Assembly (NCBI GenBank): GCA_964304625.1
Contig: OZ199838.1
Location: 14,937,907-15,001,906 of the forward strand
Length of the DNA: 64,000 nucleotides
Source of the DNA: Kudoa neothunni
Lineage: Eukaryota > Animalia > Cnidaria
Reading direction: 5' to 3'
Below the pieces are notes generated by a model, which was not told the DNA's origin, did no database searches, and saw only the letters and a program-made list of their open reading frames with translations. Below, piece after piece: positions 54,001-64,000 of this stretch; position 1 is the first letter of the stretch; each line of letters starts with the position of its first letter. Position numbers and translations under genes: made by a program.

Positions 54001-54393
54001 ATTAAACAACATTACTTTAGTGTTGTCATAAATCTGATTGAATTACTATAGAATATCAATAATGATAATAACAATTGGGTTTTATCCCTCATTGATTCAA
54101 TTGTAACATCCAACAAAGCGTGGATTTTGGCGCCATTCAAAATATCGTTGTTGCAAAAACTAATGCACAATTTTTACAAACGACTAGTGCAATCTCAAAC
54201 CGGAAATAATTTTCATCAATTTACTCAACAGGATCGTCACGATGACAATAACATCTATTCAATCACAAACAATACAACTGCCACATTAGTAGCTATAGAT
54301 ACAACACAGTTTTTGACAATAAAAAAAGTGCATTCGCACGAGGTGATTCGCTCAATAAAACATCACTTGGAGAAATTGTTGGCATACATCTAA
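51008..54393 (+). pseudogene. FBXO47: FBXO47-like (meiotic F-box protein) with apparent frameshifts; a long intron holds a MITE
   Basis: F-box LLNLPQSCIERIL, then FYRKIGTYLKHMTIF..DEKLELL, RCYGQLIHSMIDSW, RWLGLLLSVYAHELQARLMVIMF and PNQWSIEAETCFL..IEMSHI, collinear with recalled FBXO47 blocks. Frame changes occur near 51358 and 52085. Confidence 0.7.
52541..53517 (-). mobile_element. hAT MITE, copy 2, in the FBXO47 intron
   Basis: Termini CAGGGGTCTCCAAAC / TTTGGCCGTCCCTG and TSD GCATATAG / GTATATAG. The interior is nearly identical to 31407-32452. Confidence 0.9.
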
Positions 54394-54432
54394 CAGTAGT
54401 AATTAGACGATAATGTGCCATCCACTACTTTA

Positions 54433-54732
54433 TCAATTGGCATTGCCATCGTTGTTGTTATTATATTTGAGGTTGTTGCGTTGGCGCATAGTTTCATTAG
54501 CCTTAATCAACTCTTTGGTGGTTTTGTTAGCATCATCGTAAAGATCCTTCCATTGTTGACCTTCATTCTGGTAGAAACGTAATAAATCGACTCTTCTCTT
54601 TTTCATAATAAAATAGTAGGATCCAAGTAGAAGTGGTGCGCAGAAAAAACTAACAGTAAAGAATTTTCTCTGGAAACAATCACCAATTAATTACCAGAGT
54701 TTGAGAACTGAGAAGCCCTCCCTAAGATTCAT
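54433..54732 (-). CDS. Small single-pass membrane protein (86 aa), possibly COX6C-like; exons 54732-54709 and 54669-54433
   Basis: A 39-nt GT-AG intron removes an in-frame TAA to give MNLREGFS|RKFFTVSFFCAPLLLGSYYFIMKKRRVDLLRFYQNEGQQWKDLYDD... It lies head-to-head with WDR75. Confidence 0.55.
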
Positions 54733-54747
54733 AGTTAAATTTATTTG

Positions 54748-54888
54748 GCGCTTGCGCATAATTAATTGTGTTTTCAAACTTCTGGATTATTATTTAATGT
54801 TTAAATAATCAAAAAAGGTTTAGTAATATTAGTTAAAATAAAAAAATGTGTAAATTATTTTAAGCACTACTTTAGTTACCATGGTAAC
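54748..54888. promoter_or_regulatory. Compact bidirectional promoter with an NRF1-like site (54748-58) and a palindromic RFX X-box (54875-88)
   Basis: GCGCTTGCGCA and the perfect palindrome GTTACCATGGTAAC lie between divergent ATGs at 54732 and 54976. Confidence 0.5.
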
Positions 54889-54975
54889 TAGATTGTCACG
54901 TTTCGATATGTACGCGAAAATTAACGAGACCTCACCTGAACTTGATTGTGACCTGGGGTTATTGGTATTTTTGTT

Positions 54976-57900
54976 ATGAGTAAGCAAGGAGAAAAAGATC
55001 ACCAAGTTTATCACTGTAAGTATGTGCATTTAAACAATGTAAAACCGATTTATGGGAAGTTTTCGGATTCGCCAAACAGGTTATTAGCTGTAGTTGACAA
55101 TGTGTTGCATGTATTTTTTGGTAGTGGTTTGATATATTCAGCCAGCGATGGTATTCTCATACAAAAAATGCATGAGGATGAAGCGAGACATCAAGATGAG
55201 GATTTTGTTTTTCACGAGATTGGTTACAAAATTGTCGCGCTTTGTCAATTTGATGAAGATCATGTAAATATTGCCCAAGATGTACTCCAACATTAATTTG
55301 TTTTTAGTTGCTATTATCCTGTAGTTCTAAATCGGAACAAATGTTAATTCAGTGGAGTATGAAAAGTAGAAAAATTGTTAAGGTATGTCTTGGATTGACG
55401 TTAAATTTCAAACTTCTATTTAATTAATCTAATAAACTAAGTTTTTTATCAAATGATATTTCTTCTGCTGGTTTATTCTAGTTAAATTGGGCAGTGTGTA
55501 GTTTGGGGATAGAATCGATTTCAATTAATGAAATTCCACCACCATTATACATCACCTTCTCACCAGTTTGATAACGATTGAATTTCTAATAATGTAAAAT
55601 CATCATATTGACGCTGGATTTTTAGAAAATTAAAATCCCATTTATGATTCTAAAATTATTCAGTACCAATCACTTTAAAAAGTTTGTTTGTGTTTATGGG
55701 AATCTCACCTCCAAACACAAATTATCGAACCAGCCATCTAACACAACAAAATGTACTGCTATATTGAGATTGGATGAGGATGATCAATTGGAATATGCTG
55801 TTGATCCTATAACCGATATGACAGACATCCAATTGAAATGTGTCGCGTTCTGCCAATCAACTGTAGTTCACTGTTGGTTGCCTAGTTATTTATTTGGATT
55901 TGTTATTAGGGAGATTTCGTTGTCAAAACCAAACCTAATTGCTGTATTCTTTTAAATATATACAATTTTGCTTTGTTGAATCATTCTCAAAAAAAGTTCA
56001 CCATCGATCCCCAACATAAAATAATTTCTTGCATTGAATTCAGCAGTGATGGTGTTTACCTTGCCATTGGAACCACCAACGGTAGTATACATGTGTTTGA
56101 GGTGGAAAGTGGAATCCTCAAAAGTCGTTTCCATTGGCATTGCCAACGTGTTGAAGGATTACTTTTTGATGATACCTCAAGCAATTATTTGTACTCTGTG
56201 GGTAATGAGGGGGTGCTTGTACAATGGGAAATATCTACCAAGGTGCATCGCTTTATTCCCCGAATTACCACCCATCCTTTGAAATATATTGTTGGTGCTG
56301 GTCGTCAATTACTTCTAATCGACCAAACCGACGAGATTATTTTTGTTAACAACCATTTGTTCAATGTGTGTTATCGCTCTGGTTTCTATCGAAATAATTC
56401 CACCAGCGTGGTTGGATTGAGTTACTGTGTCGCCAATGATTGCCTTGTGAGCAACGGTCGCTGGGGAATGCTCGATTTTTATTCTCCCACATCACATCAA
56501 ATCACTCAATCTGTAACGGTTGTAAAAAGAAATATTGTCACTGTCAATTCCGCTGTTATTAATATCGATGTCACTCATGTGGTGTTTGCGAAATGCGGTC
56601 AACTTATGATCACAGTGGAACAGCCCATCTATCCGCCAATATGCCGTGACAAATATCGGATTGATGCCGAATTTGTTGCTGATTTTATCAAGATCAAATG
56701 GTGGCAGTTCGATCAAACAAAACAAAAGTTCAAGCTGTTTCATACCGAAAACAATCCACATTTTTCCACTATCAACTCGCTTTCAGCCAATAACAACATC
56801 ACATCTAAAATGGATACAAATGAAGAAACTGTTCACACCGAATCCAACCACCTCCCTCCTATCATGCTAGCCACCACCAGTAAGGACAAGTCCATTAAAA
56901 TTTGGACTAATCCTTGCACATCTGATAACAACAGTTGGAGATGTACCACTTTGTTGAATTATAAACAATTAGAGCCGAGCAATTGCTGTTTTTCTCAATC
57001 GTCCGACATTATTGCCGTCACCATGTCATCAGTATATCCACCTACACATTGCTGAGTGTTATATGGATTTAATGTGTGTTTAGTGTGTAGTTTTATGGAA
57101 TTCAAATGATACTTGTGGTAGTTTTACGCTCAAAACAGTGTTACCGTTTGATGAACCTAAGTATTTTTTTAAAATCACGTCCGATTTCTTTACATTAATG
57201 TGGCTACCATTTAGATGTGTGGTATTTGGTAATTATGAATCTGCTTCTGTTCTGTGTGTTGCGTCATCCACAACAAATAAGTTTTCCATCTTTGACATCG
57301 GCTCAGACGCCCAAAATGCATTTGTAACGATGAGTGATAAGAAGGTTTGTGCGGTATTAGCTGACCCAAATTCGCCTAATATTTGCACAGTTGTCGACTC
57401 GTCAACTTCAAAGACTAATTCGAAAAATTACAATAGTATAATTTTGACGTGTAGTTCTGATTAGGAATGACAAATTTATAATTTAGTTGAGGTATATGAT
57501 GGTTCACGTTTTGTAAATGTTGACAACAGAGAGGAGCTTAAATTCGAGGTGGTAAATTTCGACAAAAAAGGCCATTCATCAAACAAAAAGTATCTCTTGG
57601 AGAAGGTCCAATCAGATATCGAACCCCACAAGCCTATATACGTGGTAGAGAATGTTTTGAAAATTTCTAAAAAGAAAACTACACACACTGCTCATATGTC
57701 TAATGATTCTGGTAATATTTATGACTGGAAAAATATGTGTTGTTTCGGAAATAATCCCCTCCAGAGACATACTCTACTTTCTCATTCCCATTCTCCTCCA
57801 ATGAAGATTCTTTCCCAACCTTTTTTCATGTTGGATGACTTGAACAATATATTCTGTGTATCTAACAATCAGTTTATTTACCAGTTGATTGAGAATAAAA

Positions 57901-58418
57901 ACATTTCTGCATTGGAAACTCAAAAAATGTCATCTAATCGCAATGATGATTCCTTAATGTTAAATGAAGCTAAATTTACAAACGTGTGGCCGTTAGTGGA
58001 ATTTGATAAAAAGAATGATAGATCTTTCAAGAATAATACTTATGATAAGAGTGTACAACAGTTATCTCTTAGAAAATTTAATGAAGATATGTCGTCTGTT
58101 TGCAGCCATACTTTGCCAAACCCTTCCCAACTGTTGAAAAAGTTAATTGACATATCAATCAACACTACAGCTACAATTGATCCAACTGATGTCTCGCCAT
58201 TATCTGAAAACTCTAACTTGTATGTATTCCACAAGAGGACAGTACGTTGTTATACATGATCTAATATTATATCTAGTAATGATGAAAGCGCTCGATTGGA
58301 AAAATTAGTTGAGATGGCACGTGTTAGTGCCCACGAAACCATGACCAGTTTTCCTAATGAAGCCAAACCAATATTATTCAAAAGAAAAACATTAGATTTT
58401 CTTAGTGAGGATATGTAA
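54976..58418 (+). CDS. WDR75: WD-repeat SSU processome factor WDR75/UTP17/NAN1, multi-exon
   Basis: RFHWH..V..L.F..YLYSVGNEGVLVQW..FIPRI, LVSNGRWGMLDFYS, TTSKDKSIKIW and C-terminal HTLPNPSQL. The last exon ends at TAA 58416-18. Start codon and some junctions are approximate. Confidence 0.85.
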
Positions 58419-58531
58419 GTAGTAGTTTATTCAAACATTTTTTCCTGTCTTTTAAGTCCCTACCAATTAATTTAATAGTAAGTATTTTGAAGGTTTTGAA
58501 ATTTCAATATTTACTTTAATTCTACTTTTAA

Positions 58532-59936
58532 CCCTCTAACGATTTGGTATTGAACATATCTTTTTATTTCATCTATTAAATCTCTCCAAATTTTCAGTAT
58601 TCTTGGAACTTATTGTGATTTACTTTTACCGGACAAATTGGTAAAAACTGATGAAAAATTTTTTTTATTTAAATATTATCATCGAACGTTTTTTGGGGTA
58701 AAATTTACCACACTTTTTTATTAGTGTAAGGTAAAGAGTATCTTGTAAATAATCAAATAATAAATTATTCGTTAAATCAAACGAGTAGATTTGAAGAAAA
58801 CAACAAACGAAATGACTAGTTGGACCAATGTGCATGTGCGCCTGGTGCATACTTCTAAATGAATGACGCGAGTGATTTCATTGACAAATATTCTTCAGCT
58901 GGAGGCAAATTTGACGATCAAGTTATTGATGAAGGTGATATATCGGACGAAGAAATAGATCCCATAGATATTAACGATAATAATTTAAAAAGTAAAAGTA
59001 GAATTATTTGGAGTTTACCAACGTCATCTACGAGAAAAATCTATGTCGAAAGCATAATGAATTCCATCCTTGGTGCCACTTCATACGATGTATCAAAAAT
59101 AAAATCATTGATTGATTGATTTTTTATCCTCTGCCTCAGAAATCGGCAGTATTATCAAAAGATATGCAAAAATGTGCTTGGAAATCATTATTTCAATGAT
59201 GGGTGACATAATATCAATGAAATTGAATTTGAAGAGTATGTAGGCCTTCTAATACTAATAGCTATTCATAAGGATAGACAATTACCATTGATAATATTGT
59301 CATCGATGTATCTAAATACTTAAACCTCATACGATAATGCATCGCAATGCAATCAAGGGTGGGGTTGATAATGTGGGTAGAATGTTGGCATCAATTTCTA
59401 CCCAGAAGTTTAAATGAAGATGGACAATTATCGTCTTTTCATATAATTGATATCTAGTTGATTAATGCATTCGCATTATTTAATGACATATTTAATTTAG
59501 AGAAAAAATGAAAGAGAAACTTTCTGAAAGAGATTTCTGAAGAATTGTACAATTCATTGTAAATAGAATCTCCAGAAAAGTTATCAAAACAAATTCAAAT
59601 AAATCTGATATTCGAATAAAGAACCAAGTTTAAATAAGAAATAGTCACGCTGAGATTATTGTGAAGGATAAATGATAGGAAAAGCTGCAAATGGTGTCAT
59701 AATTGCGGTGCTTATTTTTGTTATTTTTTAATGAGTTTTTTTTAGCCGATAATGCTACTTTTATTTTGTAAAAACTTAAGGGAACGCCGATATATTCCAA
59801 TGATTCTACTCGTTTAAATTTAACAATATTTTGCATTCCCAAATTAATTTTTTTTAACACATCGGTGCATTAAAAAAGTGGGGTAATTTTTACTCCAAAA
59901 ATGTTACAGGGTGCTGTTTTTGATATCGTTAGAGGG
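58532..59936 (+). mobile_element. Internally deleted piggyBac, related to 20293-22491
   Basis: TIRs CCCTCTAACGAT / ATCGTTAGAGGG with TTAA on both sides. Relic FEEYVGLLILIAIHKDRQ is joined directly to the GGVD region. Confidence 0.85.
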
Positions 59937-60514
59937 TTAATGAAATAATTTTAAAGAAATTTCTGTAACTAAACTTATTTTTACAATAAGAATATTTATT
60001 AATTTTCGACTTCTTCTTCCACTTTTTTGTTCGTTATATAATAACTTTCGCCTTATTTTTATTTTAGATTAAAAATCCCGTTAATCCTCAAATTTGTATA
60101 ACTCTCAGATTATAAGAGTTTCTACCCGTCTCGTTTAAATAAATCAATAGATCAAATTTTAAAATAACATATTTCCGTTTTTATTAAATTCTATATTAAA
60201 GCCTTTAATCAAATGGCGAATACATTTTCCTCAATACGGTCAGTCATGCTTATAGGACACCTTCCTGAGGATCGAAATTATTTGCAAAATAACCACCTCA
60301 CACATACGACTTGAGCTTTGTAATAAATTATTTCTAAAATAACTGTTTTTATTAGGAAAAATTTTGATTTTTTTAAAAATAATCTGTAATTAAATTTTTT
60401 TTCTTTTGATATAAGTTTATTTGAAATCTCGTAACACGATAACAAGGGAAATCTACATTTTATTATGAATTGTTAAAATAAATGTGGTCCGAATGACAGA
60501 TAATGCATTTATTA

Positions 60515-62234
60515 CAGTGGTGGGCACAACTCTTAGGGATGCGGGCTATATTAGCGCATTACTGAAGTTTGGAGGGTCACATTGTTGACTATCCGTTTTT
60601 TTGATAATTTAAATACCTGTTGGTGGCTTTTCTAACATTTTTGATACAATAAAAAAAGAAAGTATATAAATTGATTTAAAAACGCTTCCATTAGTAAAAC
60701 TTAATAAGGAATTAAATAGTTTTTTTTTAATATAGAAATTTTGTGATTGGCCTACTATTGTAAGTAGCGATGGAAATAACAGGCTTTATACTTAATAAAC
60801 TTTAATTTTAACTGCAGTTATGAAAATTTAATAATACTCATTAAGTAAACACGAAATATTTAAACAAAGAATTATATAATTATTCAATATTTCTTTTAAA
60901 TTCTATATTAAATATAATATATCATACTCTAAAAAAGGCCAAAGTTATAAATATGAGTATAATAAAGTTAACCAAAAAAATACATTTATGATATTTCGGA
61001 TTACACCGAATTTATTGTGAACTAAATATCACCAACGCATAGAAGTAGAAATAATTTTCTTAGAATTTATTACGAAATATTTCAATTCCAAAGTATAATA
61101 TAAATAACTTGAAATAACAAAAATTGTAACGTTTGGTAATTATCAATGTAATATTCAAATCTTTAAGGTTTGGTAAAATGATTTTCCAGAATAAAAATTC
61201 CACCCGAGAAAGTTATCGTAAATTATTATTTGTTACCCTTAATTATTTCTTTCAATTTCACTAATTTGTATCAATAAATAAAAGAAATATTCATCATAAG
61301 ATTTTAACTCCGAATTTTTTGGTGTCGCTTATTATAGCTTAAAAATATTTTATGGCCGTTTGTTCTCTATCGTTATCGTTGATTTTCTCATTGAATTCCC
61401 CAGGTTTCATTTGGTGTCGCTGCATCAAGTTATATTCCTTTAATATAGGAACTGATTCGAGACAAAGTCAACAGACCGTTGTATCCATTGAATATGTGTG
61501 GAAATATTTTTTAGTCCAATCATCATTATAATGACGGTTTTCATCACTAATTGTACAAACATGCGATGTCAACACACGAAGATTAATAAATTAATAAGGA
61601 AAGTTTGAGCGCATTATCACTTGAGAGAATTAAGGAGATAAATAAAAAACTATTCCTACATCAAGCTGATAAATTTTGATACACCTCTATTATAACATTT
61701 ATGGTTAAAAATCTGAGGATATCAAAAGAATTATACAGATTACATCGGCTTTATGCCTTTTAAAATATAGTAATAAATCATTTTTCCGTTAATGCATCCT
61801 TTGTAATGAAAGATATGATAATAGTTCCTATTGCGTTAAACTTCTAATTTAGATATGAGTATCGCATGCTCATGATTTTTAATATTTGGTCAATTTTATA
61901 TTCTTTTCGTTTAAATTAAATCTCAAGTACCAGTTTTTTTCCGAAGTTGTTAACCACTTATTTTGTTTTAAGCACGTATTAGACCTTATTTTTATCACTA
62001 TTGCATACGATAATCATAAGCGGGGTGCAGGCGTAAATAAAATATCAAATCGGGTAACCAAATCGAGTAAAATTAACGTTTATAAATCTAAAGTATTTGT
62101 CAAAAAGTTATTTATTAATTTGTTTATGGAAGAAAAACGCTGTTTTGGTGTTAATAGATCGTGGAAATCGTGTACGCTCGCGCAATTTTGCAGCCTTCTA
62201 AACTCGTCCGCGGGCCTCACTTTGCCCACCACTG
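60515..62234 (-). mobile_element. Non-autonomous hAT element with a BED-finger relic
   Basis: TIRs CAGTGGTGGGCA / TGCCCACCACTG and TSD ATTTATTA / ATCTATTA. Relic YNDDWTKKYF..VC*LCLESVPILKEYNL. Confidence 0.85.
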
Positions 62235-62985
62235 ATCTATTATTTTTTCAGATGTTACAAAAGAATCGCATTTTACAAAATTATTAACTTTCATGGTTAT
62301 CCGATGAGACGCAATTATTATTTACGTTGTGTAATCAATCGATTCACATATATTTGATCTATTTTCGATTTCATACATATAGCTGTTTTTACCTTAAAAA
62401 TATATTTATATTGAATTTCAAGCACTCAATCCTCAATTACACGTTCTCAGATTGTGTATTAGCTGAATTCTAGACTAGTTGATTCCGATTATCATTGCTG
62501 ATTTTGAAGATTCGGCAATGTTTGCTCATAAAATTAAATCGAACGCATGCGGCGGATCCCTAAAATTTTATTTAAGCTCTACATTTATGTTTAATCTTTA
62601 GTAAGTAAAATCTGGATGACATAATCAAGCCATATCGATGATACTTCCCAATTGAAACGACAAACTTACTAAATGTATGTTTTTAAACGTTGTAATACAA
62701 GAATCACAAATCAACCAATATTATTTTACTGATTATAGTGCAAAAAAGGGAAAACGATCATAAAATAAATATGCTGGGCCAATAGACACAGCCTATCTAA
62801 TAATCATTAGTCACTATTGTTGATTTATTCATGGATTAATCTTCGCACCTTATTTTAATGAAATTTTCCGTAAGTAGATTTAATCCACTTTAAGGTAGAT
62901 TTTACGAAAAGTGAAACTAATCGTTAGTTACACAATTGAATGTGGGCGGTAGGTGAACGAAAATGGGCGCGCGCGCAGTGTCAAT

Positions 62986-63692
62986 ATGCGACGCGGTGTA
63001 GTTGACTTTGAAAACCAAAATCAAAGTAGAGCTTTGCCTCAACAAAATTTTAAGGCAACAAATAAAAGTATACCAAACTAAACCATCAAATAGTAATGGT
63101 AATAATATGACGGATAGGTGAAGCGCGATCACAACAAAGACGAGTATTCGGAGATGTGGCCAATGCTAATCGTCAAACCTTGTCACCAAAAGCATCCTCA
63201 ACTAACTTTGAGTCAGGAAATACTAAAACAAACGTTCAAAATCAAACAGATTTCATAGAACGCGAATCAATGTTTGTATACGATCCAGGTGGATATTCTC
63301 CGTTTAATAAAATACACTACGAAGTGTGATATGATTTGTAATAATGTCATGCATTTAGAGAAATTTCCAAACACAGTGTATGAAAATCCTCGTGTAATAC
63401 GAGAAGAAACTCAAAAAATTCTGCGTGGTTTTCGTAATATTAATCAAATAGCTCTAAATGCTGCATTCAATTATCCTAAATTTCATAAATCTTCGATATC
63501 AAATAAACCGCCTCAGAGTGTACGTGAATCAATTAACGAAGATGACAGTTTGATGATATACCATGATGAATCTCTCAATCCAGTGTCTATATGTGAGTTT
63601 TTGTTTGTTAGGTTAGTTTATTTAATCTTTAATTAGCTGTGGATGATTTGCTGGACGAATTCAGAATTGATTCAGACAACGATTTTATTTAG
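62986..63692 (+). CDS. 180-aa D-box protein, securin-like; exons 62986-63067, 63118-63288, 63359-63592, 63637-63692
   Basis: Three phase-1 GT-AG introns (50, 70 and 44 nt) give an open 543-nt product with VDFEN, RRVFGDVAN, SPK, IERESMFVYDP and an acidic C-terminus. Confidence 0.55.
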
Positions 63693-64000
63693 AAAATTCC
63701 ATGTTCATTATCTTTTTGAAACAACTATTTTTATTTCGTTTACAACAATATGTATATTTGAAGAGTGATCATTTTATGGATAAATATTAATTAATTAATT
63801 TATCTTTCGTATTTATTTTAAAATCATTTGCGCTTCCAAACAATATTAAGTAAGTCTTGTACTTGATATTTTGTGTAAAAACAGTTCGCTACTTTTTAAG
63901 TAAGAGAAAATTTTTTCGCTGAGTGAACAATATTGAAATGAAATGGTGATAGAAAATTCGTGGAGTTGTATTAGGAGGATTGAATGTTTGATAACAAATG

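Overview
This is AT-rich eukaryotic (animal) genomic DNA from a compact-intron genome. Most introns are about 38-55 nt GT-AG, which fits a reduced parasite lineage such as an orthonectid or myxozoan, but the taxon cannot be fixed from the sequence. Host genes reconstructed by manual splicing are: the 3' end of DDX47/RRP3; a minus-strand multi-Kunitz protease-inhibitor locus (23 domains plus one upstream signal-peptide Kunitz unit, including a 226-bp exon+intron tandem array); PP4R3/SMEK; kindlin (FERMT); a complete NPC2/ML-domain gene nested antisense in the last kindlin intron; a frameshifted FBXO47; a small single-TM gene (possibly COX6C-like) head-to-head with WDR75/UTP17; and a securin-like D-box protein. 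Much of the intergenic DNA is decayed or nested DNA transposons (piggyBac, hAT/Buster, pogo/Tigger, Merlin) and MITEs. The most notable items are the nested NPC2-like gene and the Kunitz array, which has near-identical introns but periodically exchanged reactive-site loops. All family assignments come from recalled motifs, not database searches.
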